The translations under genes and the position numbers were made by a program. From Acidobacteriota bacterium (GTDB lineage Bacteria; Acidobacteriota; UBA890; WLXD01), in contig CBDFKD010000002.1 in the NCBI GenBank assembly GCA_965248695.1, positions 320,001 to 384,000 on the forward strand: 64,000 bases of DNA, written 5' to 3'. Position 1 is the stretch's first letter. Every line of letters starts with the position of its first letter. Below are positions 1 through 10,027 of this stretch, piece after piece. The notes beneath the pieces were generated by a model. It was not told the origin of the DNA. It did no database searches and worked only from the letters and a program-made list of their open reading frames with translations.

Positions 1-199
1 AAGCCATTGTGTGAGTAATCACACATTATGCTACACACCCATTCTGTACAGAGACAACCCTGGGCTGGCCCGCTGAGCGAACCGGCAATAATGTAACGGC
101 CACGACTCCAGACCGCCTCGGATTCCCGCGGAAAGTCGGCCGGAGTGTCGACACTCCGTGGTCCCCTTGCTACGTTGGTAATTCCGAAATGATCAATCT

Positions 200-217
200 G
201 TTCATTATTAACTGAAC
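200..217. promoter_or_regulatory. Putative operator palindrome GTTCA-N8-TGAAC upstream of the GbsR/MarR regulator
   Basis: GTTCA (200-204) and TGAAC (213-217) in an AT-rich patch 25 bp upstream of the TTG start at 242; autoregulation is inferred. Confidence 0.4.
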
Positions 218-241
218 TAATCAGACCAGATAGATTTAGCC

Positions 242-721
242 TTGACTAAAAACAAGCTGTCGGCCAAGCTGGACACGTTCGTCGAACAGGTCGGCGAAAT
301 CTTCGCGAGCGCTGGACACCAGCGCATCGCCGGTCGGTTGTTCGGTTGGCTGTTGATTTGCGATCCGCCGCACCAGTCCGCGGCCGAGATACTGGAGGCG
401 ACGGGAGCGAGTAAGGCCTCGGTGAGCACCAACTTGAGGCTGCTGCAGGCAGCGGGGCTGGTGAAGCGCATCGGCGTTGCGGGTGAGCGCCGCGCTTACT
501 ACCAGATGAACATCGAGGCCTGGAGCAAGGATCTCGAGGGGCGAGTCGCCGAGATCTCCGCCATGCGGAGGGTTGCCGAAAGCGGGCTGGAGGCATTGGA
601 AAGCGCACCGGTCGAGCGCCGCGAGCGGCTCGAAGCCATGCGCGCCTTCTACACCTTCTTCGAGAAGGAGATGCCGATGCTGCTCGAGCGCTGGGAGCAG
701 GAGCTCGAGAGCAAGCGCTAG
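242..721 (+). CDS. GbsR/MarR-family winged-helix transcriptional regulator
   Basis: 159 aa; G..RIAGRLFGWLLICDPP.QSAAEI...GASKASVSTNLRLL...G.RRAYY pattern typical of the family; directly upstream of an ABC permease. Confidence 0.8.
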   Translation: MTKNKLSAKLDTFVEQVGEIFASAGHQRIAGRLFGWLLICDPPHQSAAEILEATGASKASVSTNLRLLQAAGLVKRIGVAGERRAYYQMNIEAWSKDLEGRVAEISAMRRVAESGLEALESAPVERRERLEAMRAFYTFFEKEMPMLLERWEQELESKR

Positions 722-773
722 CACGCTCGGGTGACCTGGCGCCCGGCGGACGAGCTCCGTCGGAAACGACGTC

Positions 774-3182
774 ATGGCGACAGTAGGACACGACATCAGA
801 GTCGGGCTGCGGGGGCTGCGCCGCGACTGGCTGGTCAACCTGATCGCGGGAGCATCGCTGGCAATCGCGCTGGCCGCCAACACCGCTGTCTTCTCGCTGG
901 TCAACGCCATTCTGTATCGACCGCTCCCCTACCCGGCGCCGGAGCGCATCGTCCTGATGGGCGAGCGCGAAGTCGGGGCGCCGCAGACGCTCACCGCCTC
1001 GGCGGCCAACTTCCGGGACTTGGATGAGCGCAACCGCGCCTTCGGCGACCTGGCCGGGTTCCAGCCGGGCCAGGCGACGATCGGCCTTGGCGATCGCCCG
1101 GTCACCGCACCTTCGGCGCGCGTGTCGCCCGCCTTCCTCGAGATCCTCGGCGCTACCCCGCGACAGGGGCGTACCTTCACCAGCCAGGAAGGCGCCCTGG
1201 GCGCGCATCGGGTAGCCCTGGTGACCGACGAGCTGATCGCTACTCGCCTACCTGAGCTCACGGATCCGGTCGGCGCCCAGGTGCTCATCAACAACGAGCA
1301 GCACACCATCGTCGGGGTGCTGCCCAAGGACTTCGAGTTCCTCCTGCCCGGCATTCAGATCTGGCTGCCGCTGGCCCTCGACCCTGCAGCCATCTCGCGC
1401 GACGAGCGCACCATGTTCGTTCTCGGCCGCCTGCGCGACGAGATCACCATGGAGCAGGCGAAGGAGGACATGCAGCGCGTCTGGGACGAGCTCGTCGCCG
1501 AGTACCCCGAGTCCAACCAGGGCTACATGATCGACGTGCTCAACTTCCGCCACGAGATTCCCAACGCGCAGGGGCGCCAGCTCTTCGCCCTCATGCAAGG
1601 GGCGGTGTTTTTCGTGTTGCTGATCGCCTGCGTCAACATCGCCAACTTGCTGTCGGCGCGCGGCTATCGACGCCAGCGCGAGGTGGCGCTGCGTGTGGTG
1701 CTCGGGGCGGGCAAGTTTCATATTCTGCGCCAGCTGCTGGTGGAGAGCTCCATGCTCGCCGCGCTCGCCGGCGGATTCGGGTTGGCGCTGGCAATCGCCA
1801 GCGTACGGCTCATGGGTACCGCCTTCGCCGGCGTGACTCCGGGTGCCTACATTCCGGTGGTAGACGCGACCGTGCTGATCTTCTCGCTGGGCGTCACGGT
1901 GGCGGCCGGCCTGCTGTTCGGGCTCATCCCGGCAACCCAGACGCTGCGCTTCGATCTCGCGGCGACAATGAAGGAAGGCGGTTGGGGCACCGCGGGCAAC
2001 GTACGCAAGAAGTTCCTGTCGCGGGGCCTGGTGGTGACGGAGATCGCGCTCTCGATGGTGCTCCTCGCCGGCGCCAGCATGATGGTGGAGGGCTTCGTGG
2101 GACTGCGCGACGCCGATCCGGGCTTCGACAAGACCAACCTCCTGACCGTGCCGATCAGCCTGCCGATCGACGGTGTCGAGCCGCGCCTCAACATGGTTCG
2201 CGAGCTGCAGGCGACCGCTGCCGGTACGCCCGGTGTGCGCGAGGCGACCGTGGCCAGCGCGTTGCCGCTGAACATGTTCGCCGCCAGCGACGCCTTCCTG
2301 CTCGAGGGACGGCCGGTCGACCCGGGCCAGTCGCGACCACGCGCGCTGTGGGCGGCGACGCCGCCCGACTATCTCGACCGGCTCCGAATACCGCTGGTGC
2401 GGGGCCGGTTCTTCAACGACGCCGATCGAATGGACTCAACTCCGGTGGCGGTCGTCAACGAGACACTGGCCGGCCGGTTCTGGCCCGATGGCGGGGCGCT
2501 CGGGGCACGCATCGAGTTCCGTGGCGAAACGCGCGAGATCGTCGGCGTCGTGGGCGATACGCGGCAATCACTGATTGCCACCGATGCCGCCACACCGGGG
2601 GCCGAGAGCGTCATCTTCATGCCGCTGGCGCAGCGCATCGGCGGCAGCGTCTTCCTGGTGGTGCGCACGATCGACGATGGCCACACTGCGGACACCGAGT
2701 TGCGGCAGGCGCTGCAGGCGGTTCACTCACAGCTCGGCGTCGGACGCATGGAGACGCTCGATGAGATCCTCGACCGGGCGTTCGTCGGCATCGACTTCAT
2801 GAACGGCCTTTTCTCGGGCTTCGGCTATCTGGCGCTACTACTCGCGGCGATCGGTACCTATGGCGTGCTGGCGTATAACGTGGCGCAGCGCGGCCAGGAG
2901 ATCGGCCTGCGGGTGGCGATCGGGGCGCGCGAGGCCGACGTCGTTCGCATGATCACCCGTCAAGGCGTCACGCTCGCCCTCATCGGCGTGCTCATCGGCG
3001 CCCCGTTCATCTTCATGCTCATCCAGGTGCTGAACTCCGTGCTTCAGGATCTGGGCACTGTGGACCCGATGACCGGTGCATTCGTGGGACTCGTATTGCT
3101 CGCCACCACCGCCGTCGCCAGCCTGATTCCGGCGCTGCGAGCCGCAAAGATGGACCCGGTGAACGCCCTGCGTCTCGACTGA
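774..3182 (+). CDS. ABC transporter permease, duplicated MacB/FtsX (ADOP-type)
   Basis: 802 aa; ANTAVFSLVNAILYRPLPY, LLIACVNIANLL, two FtsX repeats, C-terminal PALRAAKMDPVNALRLD. Confidence 0.92.
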   Translation: MATVGHDIRVGLRGLRRDWLVNLIAGASLAIALAANTAVFSLVNAILYRPLPYPAPERIVLMGEREVGAPQTLTASAANFRDLDERNRAFGDLAGFQPGQATIGLGDRPVTAPSARVSPAFLEILGATPRQGRTFTSQEGALGAHRVALVTDELIATRLPELTDPVGAQVLINNEQHTIVGVLPKDFEFLLPGIQIWLPLALDPAAISRDERTMFVLGRLRDEITMEQAKEDMQRVWDELVAEYPESNQGYMIDVLNFRHEIPNAQGRQLFALMQGAVFFVLLIACVNIANLLSARGYRRQREVALRVVLGAGKFHILRQLLVESSMLAALAGGFGLALAIASVRLMGTAFAGVTPGAYIPVVDATVLIFSLGVTVAAGLLFGLIPATQTLRFDLAATMKEGGWGTAGNVRKKFLSRGLVVTEIALSMVLLAGASMMVEGFVGLRDADPGFDKTNLLTVPISLPIDGVEPRLNMVRELQATAAGTPGVREATVASALPLNMFAASDAFLLEGRPVDPGQSRPRALWAATPPDYLDRLRIPLVRGRFFNDADRMDSTPVAVVNETLAGRFWPDGGALGARIEFRGETREIVGVVGDTRQSLIATDAATPGAESVIFMPLAQRIGGSVFLVVRTIDDGHTADTELRQALQAVHSQLGVGRMETLDEILDRAFVGIDFMNGLFSGFGYLALLLAAIGTYGVLAYNVAQRGQEIGLRVAIGAREADVVRMITRQGVTLALIGVLIGAPFIFMLIQVLNSVLQDLGTVDPMTGAFVGLVLLATTAVASLIPALRAAKMDPVNALRLD

Positions 3183-3200
3183 CAGCGGGCTATCAGCGAA

Positions 3201-4316
3201 TCAGGAGCCGTCCAGCACACCGGGAAGCGGAGGCGCTGCCGCCGGAACCTCGGCGCCGTAGTCGGCACCCAGGAGTGCGGCGACCGTGGCCGCTACCTGC
3301 CCCTGGCTCACCGTCTCGATGTCGGCTCGCTGTCCGAGTGACGGAGTATCCGGGCCGAGCACGGCAATCCAAACGAACTCGGCGCCGACCACATCGACAC
3401 CGTGGGCTCGCCAACCGTCGGGAGCTCCACCGCGTCCATGGTCGGTGGTCACCACCAGCGAGGTCTTGCCGGCGTAGGCGGGCATCGACTGCAGCGTCTC
3501 CCACAGGCGACGCAAGAGCTCGTCCGACCGGTGCGCGGCGTTTAGGTAGTCGTCGTAGCGACGGGCATGCGCCGCCGCGTCGGTCTCGTCGAATGAGATG
3601 TACAGAACACGGGGCTGACGCTTGACCAGGTGCTCCATAGCAGCATGAAACGTGAACCCGTCCAGACGGACATCGGTCGGATGGGGCGTGACGGCCATCA
3701 GATCATTGAGCATCTGCTCGCGCGCCGTCAACGGGTGATCGTCGAGCGGCTCCCAGCCGGAGTTCACCGGGATCCCCGAGCGCTCCTCGTTGAGGATGTA
3801 GGGGAACACCTCCCAGGCAGTGAACGCCGCCACGCGGCCGCGCAGCCCGGCACGGCCGGCGAGCCATTCGAGCACCGTCACGTTCGGATTGGGGACCTTG
3901 TCATTGCTGTCGATGCGATCGTCCGGGAAACCGGTGAGCATCTCGTTGTAGCCCGGGTACGAGAAGACCATTCCGTTGGTCACCACGGCGTCGCTGCCGA
4001 GGTGCCGGTTTCCGAACACCTGTCCGTCCGCGGCAACGACGCTCCAGAAGAACGGCATCAGCGATTGCCGCCGGGCCTCGGGGGTGTCGCGCCAGAACGC
4101 CTGCCGCAGCCCCCCGAGCGCAGTGACCCCACCGGCACGCTCGTCCATCAGCGCCTCGTCGGCCCCGCTGAAGACCTCTTCCCAACGCAGTCCGTCGAGA
4201 GAGACGAGGATCACGTTCTCCGTGTGCGTCTGATTCTGGGCCAGGGCAATGGCGGCGCAGACGCCTATCAGGACAACAGAGGCAACGAGGCTTCGATGGA
4301 CTGTAGTCGTAGTCAT
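3201..4316 (-). CDS. Secreted alkaline phosphatase-superfamily protein
   Basis: Signal peptide; NVILVSLDGLRWEEVF, SYPGYNEMLTG, ETDAAAH, VTTDHGRG metal-binding motifs. Confidence 0.8.
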   Translation of the reverse strand: MTTTTVHRSLVASVVLIGVCAAIALAQNQTHTENVILVSLDGLRWEEVFSGADEALMDERAGGVTALGGLRQAFWRDTPEARRQSLMPFFWSVVAADGQVFGNRHLGSDAVVTNGMVFSYPGYNEMLTGFPDDRIDSNDKVPNPNVTVLEWLAGRAGLRGRVAAFTAWEVFPYILNEERSGIPVNSGWEPLDDHPLTAREQMLNDLMAVTPHPTDVRLDGFTFHAAMEHLVKRQPRVLYISFDETDAAAHARRYDDYLNAAHRSDELLRRLWETLQSMPAYAGKTSLVVTTDHGRGGAPDGWRAHGVDVVGAEFVWIAVLGPDTPSLGQRADIETVSQGQVAATVAALLGADYGAEVPAAAPPLPGVLDGS

Positions 4317-4510
4317 GGGTCCAGGACTCGCTGGGATCGGGGCGGCGCATCAGACCGGCAACAGCAGCCGTTCAAGAGCGGCAGCCTGTCCGACGCGACC
4401 CGCAGAGTCAAAGGCAGTGTTTCAGGCTCGCTGGAGAGGACCCGGGGGCCGAGATACGATGCAGCCGGCACGAGCACAGCAGCCTTTCTTCGGATGCAGG
4501 GAGCGCGACA

Positions 4511-5581
4511 ATGCGACGACGTACGAGCTGGGCACGTCGCTCAGGCACCGCGATTGTGGTCCTTATCCTGACGTTGATCACCACCACCGGCGATGCGCAG
4601 GATGCTTTTCCTGCCGATCCCGGGATGCGCGACGCGGCGCGCGGACTGCTCAGCGCATCGGAGGGCGACCGGCGTGGCTGGGGCATCACCGGGTTCCAGG
4701 ACGAGGAACGCTTCAACTGGGCCTACACCCCGGTGCCGCGCCAGGGGTTCCCGCTGCGGGAGATGACCGAGGCAGAGCGCGAATTCACCTGGGAGCTGGT
4801 CGCCGCGGGGCTCGGCGAGCGCGGCTTGCAGCAGGCCCAGGACATCATCCGGCTCGAGGAGGTGCTGTACGAGCGCTCCGAGCAGTCGGATTTCCGCGAC
4901 CCCGAGAACTACCTGATCTCGGTGTTCGGCGGTCCCGGGAGCCTCGGCACCTGGGGCTGGCGGTTCGAGGGACATCATCTGTCGATCAACTTCACGCTGC
5001 TCGATGGTCGGGTGATCGGAACCACCCCGGCGTTCTTCGGCGGCAACCCGGGCTACGTCGGTGAAGGGCTGCATTCAGGATTGAGACCGTTCGCCGAGGA
5101 GGAGGATCGCGCTCGGTTGTTTCTCCAAAACCTCGACGCGGCACAACGGCGGACGGCGGTTTTCTCCGACACGGCACCGGAGGACGTGCTCACCAGCAAC
5201 TCCAAGCTCGCCAGCCGCCCGACCAGCGCAGGCATCCAGCACGATCAGCTCACCAAGCCGCAGCAGGAAGCGCTCTGGAGCTTGCTGGAGTTGTACGCCG
5301 CGCGACTGGAGACATCGCTGGCAGCCAGCGAGCTGGCGGAAGTGCGCGCCGGCGGGCTCGACGAGCTGCGATTCGCATGGGCCGGCGGCGGCGAGGCGGG
5401 TGAGCCGCACTACTACCGCATTCAAGGTCCGACGTTCGTGGTCGAGTACGACAACACCCAGAACGACGCCAACCACGTCCACACGGTATGGCGGAACTTC
5501 GAGCGCGACTTCGGACGCGACCCGCTGCGGGAACACCTCGCTGCGGCGCATCAGGCTGGCAACCCACACACGCATCGCTGA
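4511..5581 (+). CDS. DUF3500 domain protein (secreted)
   Basis: Signal-like N-terminus; WGWRFEGHHLSINFT, TPAFFGGNP, HYYRIQGPTFVVEYDNTQNDANHVHTVWR. Confidence 0.8.
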   Translation: MRRRTSWARRSGTAIVVLILTLITTTGDAQDAFPADPGMRDAARGLLSASEGDRRGWGITGFQDEERFNWAYTPVPRQGFPLREMTEAEREFTWELVAAGLGERGLQQAQDIIRLEEVLYERSEQSDFRDPENYLISVFGGPGSLGTWGWRFEGHHLSINFTLLDGRVIGTTPAFFGGNPGYVGEGLHSGLRPFAEEEDRARLFLQNLDAAQRRTAVFSDTAPEDVLTSNSKLASRPTSAGIQHDQLTKPQQEALWSLLELYAARLETSLAASELAEVRAGGLDELRFAWAGGGEAGEPHYYRIQGPTFVVEYDNTQNDANHVHTVWRNFERDFGRDPLREHLAAAHQAGNPHTHR

Positions 5582-7007
5582 TCGCGGCCGCGTGCAGATC
5601 ACGCGGCCCGAAACCGATCGGTAGCGGGGCCGTAGGAACCTACGAGCGCTAGACTGGTGTCACCCCCCGTGCGCTCCCTGGAGTGGACCATGGAACGGCT
5701 CTGGAAGGACATCAATTTCGGCCTCCGCATGCTCGTCAAGAGCCCCGGGCTAACGCTGGCCGCGATCGGCTCGTTGGCGCTCGGCATCGGCGCCAACACC
5801 GCGATCTTCACGGTGGTGAACGGCATCTTCTTCCCGCCGCTGCCGATCGAGGACGCATCAGGCGTCTTCAGCTTGTTCACGCTCGACGAGAAGAACCCGG
5901 GGTTCCACGGCGTCTCCTACCCCAACTTCGAGGACTACCGCGATCGGCAGACGGCGCTCGACGAGATTGCCGCCTACCAGTTCGCGCCCATGAGCTACCG
6001 CCGCGAGGACGGCGGCGGCGACGCCACCATCGGGCTGTTAGTCACCGGCAACTACTTCGATCTGTTACGCGTACAGATGCTCCAGGGGCGGTCCTTCGTG
6101 CCGGAGGAAGACCGCACGCCGGGGTCCCATCCCGTCGCCGTAGTGAGCCACGGGTTTTGGCAGCGGCGTACGGCCGGCGATCCGGATCTACTCGGCAAGA
6201 CGATCTTCATCAACCGCGTCGCGTTGACCGTTATCGGCATCGCACCGCCGGATTTCACAGGCACCGACATCGGCATCGCTCCCGAGATCTGGATGCCGAT
6301 GATGATGTACGAGCGCATCTCGACGCAGCCCGGATGGATCGACCTGCGGCGCGGCTTGATCAACAGCGTTCTCGGTCGCCTGGAGACCGGCACCACGCTC
6401 GCCAGCGCCCAGGAGGAGTTCGACGCGATATCGGCGCATCTCGCGTCGGAGCACCCGAACGACAACGCGGGACGGCGCCTGACCCTGATCCCTACGCTGC
6501 AGGCACGCGTGAACCCCAATGTGCGCGACAACTTCGTCCAGGCGCTCGGTTTGATGGTCTTCGTCGTCGGCCTGGTGCTGCTGATCGCCTGCGCCAACGT
6601 CGCCAACCTGTTGCTGTCACGCGCCACCGGTCGCCGTCAGAAGGTGGCGATCAAGCTGGCACTGGGCTCCAGCACCGGCCGTCTGGTGCGTCAACTGCTG
6701 ACCGAGAGCGTTCTGTTGGCGCTCGTGGGTGCCGCATTCGGCCTGCTGGTGGCACGGTGGACCACGGGGCTGCTGGTGCGGTCCATTCCGCCTACCCCGT
6801 TCCCGATCGCGCTGTCGTTCGATCTGAATGGATCGGTGCTCCTCATCACGCTCGGCATCGCCGTCGCTACGGGCCTCGTCTTCGGATTGGCACCGGCGCT
6901 GCAGGCGATGCGGGCCGATGTTCTGGGCGCGCTCAAGAACGAGACTTCCGGCTCGATGGAGCGCCGACCGCCGCTTCGGCCTGCGCAATCTTTTGGCGGT
7001 TATGCAC

Positions 7008-7036
7008 TTGACAAAGGTACCACGAGGGCCTAGTAT
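7008..7036 (+). promoter_or_regulatory. Sigma70-type promoter TTGACA-17 bp-TAGTAT for the transposase/R-M operon; the -35 lies inside IRL
   Basis: TTGACA at 7008-7013, 17-bp spacer, TAGTAT at 7031-7036, ATG at 7046. Confidence 0.7.
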
Positions 7037-7045
7037 GTCCTCATC

Positions 7046-8036
7046 ATGAGCAAGAAAACAACTTCAAAGCACGCGACGCCGAAGACACCACAGGATCTGA
7101 CGCTTGAGCAGATCATTCAGCACTTCTCTACCGACGCCCGAGCCAGGGAGTACCTGGAGGCCGTTCGGTGGCCCGAAGGCCCCTTCTGTCCACATTGCGG
7201 CAACGCCGACTCGGATCGCGTCTACCCGATCAAGGCAAACCCCGAAAAGAAGGTCAGGCCGGGCCTGTACGAGTGCGCCGAGTGCAAGAAGCAGTTCACG
7301 GTTACGGTAGGCACTGTTTTCGAGCGGTCCAAGGTTCCGCTGCGCAAGTGGCTCGTTGCTTGGTACCTTCTCTGTTCGTCCAAGAAAGGGTACTCTGCCG
7401 CCCAACTCCAGCGAGCCCTAGAGCTAGGTAGCTACCGGACTGCATGGTTCATGCTTCATCGGATCAGGTATGCCTTGCGGCACCCCGTGTTCGCCGACAA
7501 GCTCGGCGGGCGTGGCGATGGTGGCGTTGTAGAGGCTGACGAAACCTGGATCGGCGGAGTAAGGCGCGGCAAGGGGCGCGCTTACACCGGCAACAAGACA
7601 GCGGTTGTCAGCGTCGTCGAGCGCGGCGGACGAGTACGGTCATTCCCGGTCAAGCGGGTGACGGGCGAGAACCTGAGCCGCACACTTCACGGGCAGGTTC
7701 ATCCACAAGCCACTCTAATCACCGACGAGCATCGCGGCTACATTGCCCCAGGTCGGCAGTTCCGTGCGCACCAGACCGTCAATCACTCGCAGCGAGAGTA
7801 CGTTCGCGGATCAGTGCACACGAATACGGTTGAGGGGTTCTTTGGCAACCTCAAGCGCGGGATCAACGGTATCTATCACCATGTCGGCAGCCACTATCTG
7901 GCGCAGTATCTAGGTGAGTTCGACTTCCGCTACAACACCAGGCGGCTGACTGACGGAACAGCGCACGATAGCCGGGCTCCAGCAAGTCGACGGCAAGCGA
8001 CTGATGCTCCGGCCGCCGAAGGCCGCCCGCGGCTAG
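7046..8036 (+). CDS. IS1595-family (ISXO2-like DDE) transposase with an apparent +1 frameshift near 7957
   Basis: Zn ribbon CPHC...CAEC; VEADETWIGG, LITDE, VNHS..EYVRG.VHTNTVEGFF, YL.EFDFRYN. The natural-looking C-terminus QRTIAGLQQVDGKRLMLRPPKAARG* is in the +1 frame and ends at TAG 8034-8036. Confidence 0.88.
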
Positions 8037-8867
8037 ATGCCAGCCCGCGAAGTCACCGCCCTGATCGTCCCCCAGGGCAAGATTCTCGACTTCATAGACG
8101 GCAAGCTCCGCAAGGAAACCCCGGAAGAGTACGTCCGCCAAGAGATCGAGAAGTCTCTGGTCCGCGAATACAAGTACCCGCGAGACGAGATCGCGGTGGA
8201 GTTCCGCGTTCGTCTGGGTCGCGCTCCGAAGCGCGCCGACCTCGCAGTGTTTCCAGAGGGCGAGCCGCACAAGCAAGAGAACGTGTTCGCCATCGTCGAA
8301 TGCAAAGCGGCGAACATTTCTCCGAACCATCGCAAGGAAGGCGTCGATCAGCTCAAGAGCTATCTTGCCGCCTGCGTCAACGCTGTCTTCGGGATGTGGA
8401 CGAACGGGCAGGAGAGGTTCTGCTATCGCAAGATCCAGGAAGACAGCAAGATAGCTTTCGCCGAGATTCCAGACATACCGGTCAAAGGCAAATCCATAGA
8501 CGAGGTCGAAAGACCAACTTTCGACGCGCTACGCCCCGCCACCAGCGATTCTCTCCTGTTCACGTTCCGACGATGCCACAATTATATTGCCGGCAACCAA
8601 GGACTCCAGAAGCCCGAAGCCTTCTGGGAGCTGTTGAAGCTGATCTTCTGCAAGATCGAAGACGAACGCTCCAGCGAGATCGACTTTTACACGAGCACTC
8701 CGGGGCGTCAGAGCCTCAACGGCCAACTAAAGGTGAAGGCACGTATCGAGAAGATATTCGCGCGCGTCCGCACGAAATACTCGACGATCTTCAAGCCACA
8801 CTGACCTGACCCCCGAAAACGGATCCGGATGTAATCTCACGATCTGGGTCAAGAACGGGAGGTCAGA

Positions 8868-9146
8868 ATGCCGAGTAAGAGGCACAGCGCCGAGCAGATC
8901 GTACGCAAGCTCCGGGAGGCTGAGGTGGAGCTGGCTCGAGGGGCGACGGTCAAGGATGCCTGCCGCAAGCTAGCAATCACCGAGCACACCTACTACCGGT
9001 GGCGGCGAGAGTACGGCGGACTGAAGCTCAACCAGGCCAGAAAGCTCAAGCAACTGGAGAAGGAGAATGCCCGGCTCAAGAGGCTGGTGGCGGAAAAGGA
9101 ACTCGACCTGTCGATCCTGAAGGAAGTGGCGGAGGGAAACTTCTGA
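8868..9146 (+). CDS. IS3 transposase OrfA (HTH plus leucine zipper)
   Basis: KRHSAEQIVRKLREAE...TYYRWRREYGG...LEKENARLKRLVA; ends ...EGNF. Confidence 0.92.
   Translation: MPSKRHSAEQIVRKLREAEVELARGATVKDACRKLAITEHTYYRWRREYGGLKLNQARKLKQLEKENARLKRLVAEKELDLSILKEVAEGNF
9134..9140 (+). other. Programmed -1 frameshift heptamer G GGA AAC joining OrfA to OrfB
   Basis: X XXY YYZ motif at the orfA/orfB overlap, as expected for IS3-family elements. Confidence 0.75.
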
Positions 9147-10027
9147 GCCCAGCTCGGCGGCGAGAGGCGGTGGCACATGTACGGGGGCGGCTGGGCGTCT
9201 CGGAGAGGCGGGCGTGTCGGGTACTGAAACAACCACGCACGACACACCGGTACGTGCCAAGAGAGCCGCAACAGGAGCAGATTTTGACGGAGCGGATCGT
9301 GGATTTAGCCCGACAGTACGGGCGCTACGGATATCGGAGGGTGACAGCGTTGCTGCGCATGGAGGGCTGGTCCGTGAACCACAAACGAGTGCAGCGTATC
9401 TGGCGGCGCGAAGGGCTGAAAGTACCGAGAAAACAGCCCAAACGAGCACGGCTGTGGCTGAGCGATGGCTCCTGCATCCGGCTGCGCCCACAGCACCGGG
9501 ATCATGTCTGGGCGTATGACTTCCTGCACCACCGGACGCACGACGGTCGGGCTATGAGGCTGCTGACGATCGTCGATGAGTACACACGAGAAAGCCTGGC
9601 GATCCATGTAGCACGGAAGCTCAACTCTGAGGACGTGCTGGAGCAGCTCGGGAGGTTGTTCGTACACCGGGGCATACCTGAGCACATCCGGTCGGATAAC
9701 GGACCAGAGTTCACCGCCGAGGCGGTTCGCGACTGGCTGGGCCGGTTGGGCGTGGGGACGCTGTTCATCGAGCCGGGCTCGCCGTGGGAGAACGGTTACG
9801 TGGAGAGCTTCAACGGCAAGCTACGCGACGAGCTGCTGGATGGAGAGATCTTCTACACGCTCAAGGAGGCAAAGGTTCTGATCGAGAGATGGCGTCAGCA
9901 CTACAACCGCATGCGACCGCACAGCTCGCTGAGCTATCGGCCGCCCGCACCCGAAGCGACGTTGTTGAAGCCGGCTGCGCTCCGCTTCGCCGGCCTCAAC
10001 AACCTCTTGTCAGCACCGAGTTACTGA
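9134..10027 (+). CDS. IS3 transposase OrfB (DDE integrase core), expressed by frameshifting
   Basis: RYGYRR, VWAYDF, IVDEYTRE, IRSDNGPEF, PGSPWENGYVESFNGKLRDE, YN..RPHSSL. Confidence 0.92.
   Translation, partial: GKLLSPARRREAVAHVRGRLGVSERRACRVLKQPRTTHRYVPREPQQEQILTERIVDLARQYGRYGYRRVTALLRMEGWSVNHKRVQRIWRREGLKVPRKQPKRARLWLSDGSCIRLRPQHRDHVWAYDFLHHRTHDGRAMRLLTIVDEYTRESLAIHVARKLNSEDVLEQLGRLFVHRGIPEHIRSDNGPEFTAEAVRDWLGRLGVGTLFIEPGSPWENGYVESFNGKLRDELLDGEIFYTLKEAKVLIERWRQHYNRMRPHSSLSYRPPAPEATLLKPAALRFAGLNNLLSAPSY

Noticed and set aside
7046-8809. 587-aa ORF as a long transposase or transposase fusion
   Set aside because: After about 7957 it reads as out-of-frame Arg/Pro-rich sequence overlapping the real nuclease ORF; the proper C-terminus is in the +1 frame.
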